DNA from: Raillietiella orientalis
Taxonomy: Eukaryota
Assembly (NCBI GenBank): GCA_036172245.1
Contig: JAYWIR010000023.1
Coordinates: 558,001-622,000, forward strand
Reading direction: 5' to 3'
DNA: 64,000 nucleotides
How positions within the stretch are numbered: position 1 is the stretch's first letter; each line of letters begins with the position of its first letter. The notes under the pieces were generated by a model. It was not told the origin of the DNA, made no database searches, and saw only the letters and a program-made list of their open reading frames with translations. This document shows, one piece after another, positions 1-26,205 of the stretch. A program made the translations under genes and the position numbers.

Positions 1-15041
<15,041 letters not shown>

Positions 15042-15415
15042 CTGCAAGGTTGATGTGAGAAGAATTTGAATGGCGGTGTTACTCATTTCTATCTTTCTTA
15101 GAATGTATATCAGCACAAAGGATCTCTCTTGTGGCAAACTTATCTGCCATACCAGTGATAGCAGTGTAGATGAGTACACCTGCTTGTAAGCTGGAACCTC
15201 ATTTAAGCCAAAGATATTTTATGACTTTCATAAAATTATTAATTTATTAAGAATGAAAGGAATATTTATATTTAAATACGTAATTATTTAATATATGTGT
15301 ACAGTTGATGACTCTGATGACTCCTGTAATCCTAGGAAAGGTATCCTTGACTATTTGTTTAATCATTCAGACTTGCTCATTCCAATGATTTATCGTATTT
15401 AATTTTTTCTGAAGC

Positions 15416-15421
15416 AATAAA
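15416..15421 (+). promoter_or_regulatory. Candidate NF1 polyadenylation signal AATAAA
   Basis: Canonical hexamer ~375 nt after the NF1 stop codon in AT-rich 3' sequence. Confidence 0.5.
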
Positions 15422-18018
15422 TTTATACTGAATATTCAGTGGAGGTGAATGTTTCCAATAACTTTCTTCATCACAGAACGGTTTTGAAGTGAAACTTTAG
15501 TAAACATATTTCGAAGTTGATTCTTTAATATTAATATATTCTATTTGTGCACGACCTCTACAAACTGCACACTACAAATTTCATAATGTTTGGCATTGCT
15601 GCCTCGGTTTTGTGGATTACACCTGGGGATGCCAAATCGATGTAACTGCAAATTGCGTATCTGTCTGAAACAGAATTTTCCCCACGAATTTATTAAAATC
15701 TCAATTTCAGCGCATTTTTTTTTTTTTTTTTGAAATGTATAGTTCCATGCTATTCTTGGGGTATGTTTGTTGGAACCCCATAGGAAATACTTTAGCACTA
15801 CGTTACACGTATGTCTAATAGAGTGCAGCATGCTCTAAGAAATCTGTATGCAATGTTAGGAAAACCAGTACATCATTTCGGTTGATAGTCAATGTTTCGG
15901 TTCTTCAATTTCTGTCCACTAATAGAGGCTCGAATGCATGGGCTTATTTCATGCGATAGAATGTATCTATGCGTTGTTCGAATTCATTTTTATTATTAAT
16001 TATAGGAGCAGAAGCATTATTTCCCTGAACACCAGCGTACACTATGGGGCTAATCATTTCAAGGTATCAGTGGTCGTATTCGAAGTAAATGTGACCTGGA
16101 CTTCAGGTCATGTTGTTTGAGTGTAGTTACTATGAAATTGTGGTCGGAAATAATGATTCATTATAGCGTGCTTTTTTTTTTTTGGAGGGAGAGGTCCATT
16201 GAAAGTATATGCATACAATGAACCTTTGGATTGAAAACTGGTAGTACCATTTCTGTTCAAAATGATTGCAAGAATAAACTGTTGTCGGCTGTTTTGTAAA
16301 TTATTTTGAGTTTTATTTTGGAATTTTTTATTGGTTTTGAACTGGTCTGCTTAGGTATTTTTTTGTGTCTCAGAACTGCAAATGTATAATCCTCGTGTAG
16401 TTTTCATATAGATATTCATTCAAACTGCGAAAGTTTTCTTTGCTACTTGTTTTTTTTATGTGGGACTACTTTATGTACTTGTCATTGGAGTTGATGGATA
16501 GATTTTCTGTGCAAATTATTTAGGATTTCAGTTTAATTCTTACGAAAGACAGACGAAGAACATGGTATGGATGGTTTCGTCTCTTTGTGCTCAGAGGAAA
16601 GAAATATTATTTTCTAACTATTTCTACTATTCACATATGCCTAAATTACTTGTTCCTTATATTCCACCTTCTACTTATATTAATATGAGACACTGATTTC
16701 GATTCTAAGATTTTTCTTAAATGCTCCTTTATTTTCCCCTCTGCAGTGCCCATAGCATATCATTCATTGCCAGTGACAGCAACGATGTTCAGTTAGTCAT
16801 CGGGATGCTTTTTTGGTCTAAGTGCAGATGAAATCCAAAGCTCAAGAGCATGAAAAACTACTTAATAAGCAAGTGAAGACCGCACTTTTCTTAGTTTGGT
16901 TTGTTTCAAAACACTGATTAAACAGAACCTGGGAGAGGGGTTCTTTTTACACAGAAATGTACAAACTATCACAAGGATAAGAAGTTCATAACGTGAAAAG
17001 GTTATGGATAGAGTGGAAAGTGGACTCCCAGTTTTTAAAACGAAAACGTGGGTCAACTTGGGTGTTAGAAAAGTGCATCTCACAAACATGCGAGCTAGTA
17101 ACACTCCAGGAACTATTGGGTGTACGATGGGTGAACTTCAAAAGTAAAGCAGGGCGTGTTTAAAAGAGCACTGAAAAACACGTTCTTGTACTCATAGTGT
17201 GGCAGAGCGGGAAAATTCGGTCTCCTTTGCAGAAGTGCGTTCTTTCTTGCAATTTGGTTAGAGTTTGTACTGATCTTACAAGTTGAGCGGTGAACACTCA
17301 TCGGTTTGACTCTGATCAGTACATTAGCAATTGGAATTCAGAAGCTCATATCTCTGTAAAAAAAAAAAAAGAAAAAAAAGAAAGACAGACAGACAGAAAG
17401 AAGGCCTCGAAAAAGTGACACAACGTCTGCTTATTGCGTATTCGTTTTTTCGAGATTTTGTTGTGTTCGCAAGTTTTTTCTCCCGAATTTAAGGGTTGTT
17501 TGCAGAGCAATGATTTCTCTTTCACCCAGCAAACAGTGAAGTGCTTTATTTCTGCATCCAGGAAGAGCTCGGCGAAACTCGAAAATCACGTTCTAATTGA
17601 ATTCAAATATATATATATGTATGTTATTCCATGTTATTTGTCCAGAATCTTTGGAAGCTAAAGACAGCAGTTTTAGCTGTATCTCTACTTCTTACTACTA
17701 TGTAGCTTATTAAAGTGGTTAATGTTTGTTTTTTTTATGAGTTTTGAGTACTGAATATTGTTTGTAATAAGTTGTATGTAAGTAAATATGCTACTAAAGA
17801 CTATGCACTATTAAACGAGATCTGATGTACATTTTTGATTCATTGATGTAAACTTATGACCTTCATTATAATGGGAATAAATGATCTCAACGCTTATAAT
17901 TTGGCTCTGTCATAGCATCATTCTGATACAATAGGATTTCATCTGTTATACATGATACTATGGTCATCTCCATTTACAAAAGATCGCCCTTAAAGAGCAA
18001 TTAGACAGATGGTTTTAA

Positions 18019-19835
18019 CCCGTTGCACTCCACTGGCCACGCTGAGTCGACATGCAAAATGGCACCACAGATCCACCGGCCACGCCGAGGGGATATGCAC
18101 TGTGTTGATTCCCACCTGAGTGCGCCGGGGCGTTTATTTCTAAACTATCCGGGAACAGGGTTCCCGGGAGGGAGGGCATCACAAATAGACATAAATAAAT
18201 AAATATATATATATATAAAGATATGGGGAGGGGAGGGGACAGGGGTCTTTGGTTTCGTCCGTTCCTTTCCTTCAGAACCGGCGTTGGATGCCGGAGATCT
18301 CTCTCCTCACGCCTTCCGGAAGATGGGCCCACTCGACAGCCGACGTCATGTTCTCGTCGGCTATTCCAGTGGCCTGCCGTCGAATCGCCTGCTTCTCCAG
18401 CCCTCGGTGGGCTTGTCGATGGCGCGGGTGCAACAGACCGTTGCGATGACAGCACCCAAGGACAGGCTGCCTGGCGTGAAGAAGCAGCGCATCAAATCCC
18501 TTGCGGTGTCCCCCTGCAGCAGGAGAGCTGAGGCCAACCTTCGCCACAGTCCTTGGAGGACACCGCAGTCCAGGAGCAGGTGCGGGAGCGTTTCCACTTC
18601 CCCGCACCGCTTGCAGTTTGGAGAGACAACTCCCCCGGAAACACGGTTCGTCCGCTGGTTGGAGTGAAAACCCCAATGCACCAGCATGAAGACGTCCTGC
18701 TTCCAAGAAAGGGGGAACACAGAAGTGTTCAAGCAGGAGGAAGGGACCACAAGTTCTTCGGGGGGCACACTCAAAAGTTCACTCCACCGACGGAGTCCCT
18801 TCGCGATGTTGCGAGGCGTGGCGGTGTCTGCCAGCTCGCTAGTCCTCCAGCCGCCCGTGGGTCGAGTTGCTCCTGCGATGGTGCAGGCGACCTCCCACCT
18901 CGCCAGTAGGCAGCTGTCATCACTTGCCCTGAGGGCTGACAGCGCGTCGGCGAGGGGCGTGACCGCCAGGCGAGTCCACTTCTCTTGGTTGTTCCTGACC
19001 TCCTCCACCGTACAGTAGGGAGAGAGGTTGGCGCAACGGAGTTGCATTGTGTTGATGCGTTAGAGTGGGGACCAGAGTTATGCATTCTTTACATTGCAGG
19101 CCAAAATATGCAACCCACTCGTCGGCATGCAAAGTGAATGCAAAGGAGCGCCGTTATCGTTCACAGTTTCCTGTTACATATCACTGCTCCGCAAACAGTA
19201 CGCTCTGTACAGTGGCAACCATGATTTCTTAACGTTCGTTTTCGACCAGGACCTCGACTTTTCCAGAAAAGTTGCTCGCTAAGTGCCATCAGTCAGCTGC
19301 AAAGCAATTTGCTAAAGGTGGATAAAGAGGAAAGGGATTACGTAAATTCTGAATTGAATGAAAGTGAAGAAGAAGTTCATTTATACCCAGTTGATGACAA
19401 TTCAACTGATACAGCATCTGAAGATAGTTCTAGTGATGGCGAAATTATTGTAAATGGCGACGAAGACTCGGAATCATTCAGAGTGAAAACTTTCGGAGAA
19501 GAAGATGAATGGGGGTCGATATAACGGATAGCAAAAGGATTCCGGAAAGGATGAATTATACAGTACCTGCCAGGGTCAGCGGACCACAGATTGCATCTAA
19601 CACTGTGGAACCAATAGAACGTTTCCAGTTATTTTTCACACAGAAGAGCTTGTCAAAGGGGATCATCGAAGGAACCAACAGTTTTGCACAAAGAATAATC
19701 GCAGCGAAACACCTGAAGGATGAACACTTGTCATTTTTTTTTTTTTTCTTATCCATGCCAAACGACTGCCTTTCACATTTTCGATTGCTCTGGGGAGTTG
19801 CTGGTCGGTCGGGTCGACCTCTGGAGTGCAGAGGG
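18019..19835 (+). mobile_element. Internally deleted piggyBac-family transposon
   Basis: TTAA (18015-18018) followed by CCCGTTGCACTCCA; right end TGGAGTGCAGAGGG (ends 19835) followed by TAAA, i.e. imperfect TIRs. 19309-19700 encodes an acidic N-terminus plus PIERFQLFFTQ...IIEGTNSFAQ, the start of the PGBD/DDE_Tnp_1_7 transposase; frameshifted and truncated. Confidence 0.75.
18062..19050 (-). mobile_element. 5'-truncated L1/Tx1-clade non-LTR retrotransposon (ORF2 C-terminus plus 3' UTR) nested in the piggyBac
   Basis: GC-rich block; ORF 18361-19047(-) contains WKQDVFMLVHWGF...PNCKRCGEVETLPHLLLDC..LW, the zf-RVT CCHC motif typical of L1/Tx1 ORF2; AATAAA on - strand at 18138-18133. Confidence 0.7.
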
Positions 19836-19839
19836 TAAA

Positions 19840-20331
19840 TTCAAAAATTACGATCTTGGATACTTCCTTACGTACTGACGAGTGTACACTGAACTCTCTG
19901 ATGAATAAAAGATTGCAATTTATGTGATGCATTAGGAATCCTTGCACTACAAGTAGTGAGCAAGTGAATATAGTGCGGTAACAACTGCTCCAGAATTCGA
20001 TTTGTGGTCGATTTGAAACAGAAATCTCTGAATGTTTCGTAGTTCTTCTCATCAGACACCCTTTTCATTTGTTCAACGAGTACACATCTCTGTTGTGCTG
20101 TGTCCTGAAATCTTTATACCATGTGAAACGAGCTGACCCCACGACAAACTTGCAAAGTGAGATTATTGTAAGATCATTTTTTCCTTTCTTATATTAAACC
20201 AAAAGTTTTGAGCAGTTCAATCAGCTGTTGTCATTTTTGATACATTTTAATAACACGGAACAAAGCTTTATTTTCAAACGAAAGATGGCAAAAAAAAATT
20301 TTCGTTTTTCAAAGTAATAAACTGCAAGGGG
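19840..20331 (+). mobile_element. 3' remnant of a second piggyBac-like element
   Basis: ~20055-20125 translates as a decayed Cys-rich C-terminus (DT.FICS...HLC...YH); ACTGCAAGGGG-TTA at 20321-20334 resembles a piggyBac right TIR. Confidence 0.4.
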
Positions 20332-23300
20332 TTACAATTAGTCGATGAAAATGTTTTTCTGCATTCTGTGAATGCAGCCAAGTAATGATATATCAAATAT
20401 ATCAATTTTGCTGATGTTGCAATCCAGAGTAATGCATTTGAACAACGACTCATTGAAGTGATTTGCAATCTAGATGTATCACCTGTTTCTAAAAATCCTA
20501 GCAAAGTCTCAGTCCGGTTTGGATTTTGATAGCCTCAAATTCGAAGTATCGAATAGAACAAGGATTTTTTGACTCGGTATATGATTCAAGGGACTTCTGT
20601 GTATACTGCTATGGATTCATATAACCTCGATCACTACCAGCACAATGGAAGGGGGAGGGGGGGATCGTTTTCAAACTTATTCACGAAAGTAGAAACTAGA
20701 AAAATACAAACCATTGTACTTTTCGAATGGAAATCCTAATGTGCAAAGTGACTTGACAGTACACCGATTTCATATTGTATGGATTCTCACAGCAGCAAGC
20801 TGTTTATTCGAATCAAATCTGAATAATTGTCTGTAGGGGTTGTGGCTGCGCCCTTGAGTTGAGCTCTTAAACACTCTCGATGGAGACCAATTACCGGTGA
20901 AAACCACACCCGCGTATAGGTCAATTGGTCCTCCAAAACGAAATCTTCAATTCCAAAGTTGAACATCAATGTATAGCTTTCGATCCGTAAAGTGCCGAGT
21001 TCACGACGAGTGGTCCACAAATGGCCTCTGGAAGCAGCGTGGATCTGCTTCACAAAAGCAGCCGTGAAAACCGTGCTTTGGCTCACTTTTTAGGAAAAAT
21101 TGCAAATTATAACTGGCTGAAGAGCTGGTAGATCATTAGATACTGACGAATCAGTAAGTGACAATCTAACTAATCGAATGTCTGCTGAGGTGAACATTCG
21201 TACTAAAACGTGCAGCGAGTCAAAAAGGTCAGCAGTCCATATGATGTCTGTACAGTCAACAAATAGTAACAACATCCAAGAAGTAAGCAGTGATTTATTT
21301 TTCACTTTCCATCTGATGTGTGACTGATAAAGACTGTATTTTCCTACACTTTATGGAGCTCCACAAAATAGTTTTTGTAATTTAACGATGCAAATAAATA
21401 ATAATAGACAATTCAATGGGAATTGAAATAAATAATAAGTATTTTGGAATTATTTGCTTACAAATGAGCTTGTCAACACCTTAGTTTCAAGATGCGCCAA
21501 GCAGACATACACATTTTTGAGGTTACATGTGACTTTTGACGCGAATCGGATCATTGGAAGTGTTTCAAATTTCAAGGTAATTCTTGAGATTATTGGCCCT
21601 GTAGAGGATTTGGATAAAGTTTAAGATATGCTCTGAGGACTGATAAAATCCAAGATACTTATTTTTCCATTGCCTTAATTCAAAATAGTAGCAATAGGTA
21701 CTTTGCATCACTGAAGAAATTAAAAACATAAACAGCGAGAGCAATGGAAAGAAACCACTCCCGAAATGAAACAAATAAAACGAAAGATTTGTAAAATGGG
21801 AAATGGAAATGAGAATAAGTGCAATTCATTCCATGTCTTTCTATTGTTCATTTTAGTTATAATGGTTTGGGTAATTTTTTGAATGAACTACTTCAGAAGT
21901 CTCAGTACATTTAAAAGGCAAACTGTTATTCCGTCAAGATGGAAGAGTGTCGAAATACATGTAGAAGAAATTCGAGTTTACATTGTATAAGTGTGAATTG
22001 ATTTCATCAGGAGGAATTTGCAATTTTCTTATGAAACTTATTTGCTCTCGTTTCTAATGCCTGATTGGAACGATCCGCGGTTATCCTATTAAGGAACGCC
22101 TCACTCGTCATGTTAAGGACCTCAGCTGACCGATTCTTCGGCCTCCTTCGATGGCTTCAATACTGGAAGCCGTCTTTTGGGTTTCCCATCCGTGTTGCTG
22201 TTTCTTGAGCCTTTCGAAATTCGTTTTGAAATGCAACCATCAAAATCGAAGCTCAGGGATAGAGAGAGACGTGTGCTTTGGTGAGCGGTCCAGCATCAAA
22301 AGTGGCCAAATCTCTCCGCATGTCGGAGCGGCTTCGCATTCACTTTTACAGTCGAAGAACCCCTTAAGAGTCCGGCTTCTCGGAAACAGTTTGCTTCAAA
22401 ATTGATTCTTCTCTTCGCTCGGATGCGAAGAATTTGTGTATTTTTTTTTCCCTGAGGCCTAGGATTGTATTCCTTTTTTCGCTTTTCTAATACCTCATAG
22501 ACAGCACTGAGAAATGCCAACTAATTTGATTTTTTTTTTGCGTGTGTGTCCGTGTGAACTCTGTAAAGATAGAATACAAAGAATTAGACTAAACGCAATT
22601 CCAAGATTTGACTCAATGACGTCCATTGATTTTCCTTAAATACTAAAATTGCGATCACTGTTTAAAACAAAGTCGTCGGCTTCCTCACTAGAATCCTCAT
22701 TTCTTGTATCCTAACGAAGGATGCACAATGAAAATAAACCACTTAGTGCACATTACGGATTGAATGCTTCCTCATCGAATACTCTGTCTCTTTTGAGATC
22801 ACGGAATCGTAATCACTGATGTGTTTAGGATTGTGTGCAGGTCGAGAATACACGGAGAATGAGTGCATCATCGAATTGAAGCCGTTGTGTGGCGTCGCCA
22901 TCTGCTACATCCGTGGAAAAGTTATTTACATTAATTGCATTGGTCTTATGGCCATCTTGGGCCTTTTCGAGATTCGGAATGGAAATAAAGGCACGCGCCT
23001 TCATTTTAATTCGAGTGCTGGCAATTTCAAGAACGTCATTTGTTAACTTTGTGATTATCAACTGTTATCAATAAGTGCTGTTCCAAAGTCCTTGAATGCA
23101 TAATCTATAAAATGGTCCTTAAAGTTGAAAGCATAGGAGAGCTGAAAGAAAAGGAGGGCTTTACTCATACTGTTGAAAATACTGTATTTCAGTGTATAAC
23201 TTCTTGATGTTGCATGTAGCTGTGATTTGTACCTTCCCACTTTATTGATCACCTGACCGTTGTGATAGTTTTGTAGGGCTGTTAAGGTGGTCCAGAAACC

Positions 23301-24718
23301 AGGCACGAAAAAATTTCGAGGGAAGAAACGGAATCCTCCTGGGATTCCTTCGTGAGCTTACTTTTTTTCGTCCATTGCAAATCCTCACTGCAGGCAGGAA
23401 AATTGTACATTATGGTTCAAGGACTGTATTTTCAAGTTCAAGAGTTATGGTTTCGCGTTATGGTTTCGTTTCAGAAATCTCTTCGTGTGAATCGGGACGC
23501 GTAGTTTGTTTGGTTCGGGTGGTTTAATTGAGGAAAATTAATCCGACAGTCAAAAAAAAAAGAAAAAAAAAAAGATCCTTCCTTCCTTTTGATATTTATT
23601 TGCCTCGCTAAAGACCGGGCGTAATGAAATCAAACACATAAAGGCTAAGTATAACTAGTAAAAAAGCACACCCATGAAAACGTATGCATCATCACAAAGC
23701 ATTAAAATTTATTCCGAGTAACTTAAATTTTCTACAACTTGAGGGGCAGCGACATATCTATACTCCAAGAGCAATGTGTTCAATAGCATTAACGTGATCA
23801 CAGATTGAGGAGTCTGTGAGGGTGTCTCTTAGGGAGTCCCATTGGAATAATCAGATGTTTCCTCAGAAGAAGAGGGAGAAAACTCGATGTTCAATTCGAT
23901 GGAAAAGGAGTGAGGTGCGAGTGTTAAAATTGTTTACGATTTTCGACTTCCACATTCGTGGAGTCCTCGGATTAAGCTGAAACCACACGAAACCGTGGAA
24001 GATGTGCTTGGGAGGAGGAGGAGGAGGGAAGATTTCGCATTATAACCATCCCTTCGTACCCTTTCCAGCTGACGTCATCCCGAATTGGCGAGCATTGAAA
24101 ATGGCTCAAAGAGGGTGTAGTTCATTTCCCGGCTTGCCGTGTGTGTGCAACATGTTTCATGGTGGTAAACGGAGTCGAGTTTAGCGATGGTTTCTCATAA
24201 ATGTGACATCAGTTGCAAGAATTAAAGAGTCCATCGTCGGAACTTTGCTGCCGTATAATTTCTGAATTAATCAGTTGGCCATATGGGAAGGTTCCGTCTT
24301 GCCTCTTCAAGATCCTGTATCTCAAATCCATTTTGTAAACATGAAATAGAGTTAAAATATGGAGAGTAACTGCTGTAAATATTCAAGCGGCACGTAATGA
24401 ATACTTAATATGTGCATTGAGTTCGGTAGTTTCAAGATCGTTTTGACTATTATGTATGATCTGAATATCGATGGTTTGGCCAACCAACGTGTTTGTGATA
24501 AGCATTAAATCAGTAAAGCGAAAGCTGCAGAAACTATGCGGCCGTGAAAGTTGGTGGTGGAAAGGTTTTGAATAAGGTTATGGGTTCGATAGAGTATGGT
24601 AGATTAGTGACGTGCACGGATGCCAAGTGTGGTGAATTTAGTATTTTATTTCATTTTTTCAGGTTTGAAATACTCTTTTAGCTTGTAATTTTTAATAGTT
24701 TTGAAAAAAAAAAAAAAA

Positions 24719-25994
24719 ATGTCCGATAAAGAGAGTCAGCCAAGTGAAACCATTGCTGATGCTACTGCACAAGTAGTTCATGATAGTAATGTCTCAGCAC
24801 CAACTGAGAATGATGCCAAAGCTAAATGTACTCAGCCTGCTCGCAGAACAAATGTACATAAGAAAGACTGGGAGAATGATATTGTTTATGTGTATCAGTT
24901 TACCAGAACGCCTTTAATTCCTTCTCTGTCACCATTTTGTCTCAAATTGGAAACTTGGCTGAGACTTTCTGGAATTAAATATGAAGTAGGTTTTGAATGG
25001 ATGAGATGAGCACGCTTTATTATTTAACTTCTAGAATGTAGATCATAAATTAAAATTTAAGTCTCATAAAAGGCAACTCCCATTTGTTGAATTGAATGGG
25101 CAAGAAATAGCAGATAGTGCCATAATCATTAAAGAATTGGGCCAAAAGTTCGGGGTAGATTTGGATGCATCACTCACATCAGAACAAAGGATTACTTCAC
25201 ACACTGCCATGTCCATGATTGAAAATCATCTCTTCTGGTAAAAGACAATTTTACCTTGCCAGAAGAGTAAGAGTATTACCAGGGTTTTGTACTACTTCCG
25301 GGCATCCAATCCTAACCAGTTTCTGCGAACTGCCAAAGTGAATATCCAGCGGATGTTGGGAAGCAAATGGCCTAATAGCTTACTTAATTCTCTATTTAAA
25401 TGGCGTCTCAAGCAGGTAGTAAGTAGTGTATTTTAAACTGTTTTCAGAACTTTGGATTACAGGGAATGGAACGAGTTAAAGGTCATGGACTTGGAGTACA
25501 TTCCTCTGAAGAAATTCAGAAATTTGGAATTGAAGATTTGCAAGTTCTTAGTGATCTTCTTAAGGATAAGCCTTATTTTTTTGGCAGTGATCCCACTTTA
25601 GTGAGTAAAAGATTCAGTTAGGGTTTGTCTATCTTTTGGTTGGATGTAGCTGGATGCAGTAGCGTTTTCTGTATTGGCCCAGATGGTGTGCACTGATAAA
25701 GATTTTCCCTTTATTCTTTTTGAGTGGATGCAAGAACACACTGCCAATCTTATAGATTTTGTTCACCGCATGAAGGCGTTGTGCTATCCTGACTGGGACC
25801 AAATGTGTACTACTCTAGAGCTTAATACTCATTTGACACCGAAAGAATCTGCTGTCCAGGTAACCGGTGTAAGAATGACAATCTAAGCCTCGAAATCCTC
25901 ATTTAAGGAGAAAATTCATGAAAAGGAAGATGGTGATACCCCCCAGAAGAATGAAGCTGAGGCAGCCCCACAGCAACCTAAAGGGGAAGAGTAA
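24719..25994 (+). CDS. fax: Failed axon connections protein (GST-like/metaxin family), 6 coding exons, 345 aa
   Basis: Exons 24719-24985, 25035-25237, 25283-25415, 25463-25600, 25650-25859, 25908-25994 (1038 nt, frame-consistent). Motifs VYVYQFTRTPLIPSLSPFCLKLETWLRL, QLPFVELNGQEIADS, MIENHL, KGHGLGVH, DKPYFFGSDPTLLDAVAF, RMKALCYPDWD. Introns 45-49 nt; a 5' UTR intron acceptor at 24662. Confidence 0.95.
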
Positions 25995-26205
25995 TTTTGA
26001 TTCCTGTGATCTGTGCGCATTATGTCGCTGAACGAGCTTTGAATGTTTTCCAGTATTGTAAGCAATGCACAGGATGCCTTCCAGGCTTTTGTTGCCTGGC
26101 AGCTTGTGTGTGTGTTTTATACTTTGTTTTATATGTTCCCAGACATCCTCGCTTTTGTACTCTGCCCACCCTTCTCCCAATTATATGTATTTAAGGTATA
26201 ATAGT

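Noticed and set aside
20600..23310. Minus-strand ORFs with hydrophobic starts (21774, 21305, 23306) as a possible extra gene
   Set aside because: I could not build a consistent splice chain or recognise a domain; part may be a decayed L2/CR1-like 3' end
24070..24077. Perfect CRE palindrome TGACGTCA upstream of fax
   Set aside because: One 8-mer is expected by chance in 64 kb and the TSS is unknown
25416..25447. Alternative in-frame fax acceptor giving a 32-nt intron
   Set aside because: Shorter than any other intron traced here (minimum 39 nt); the 47-nt version fits the size class
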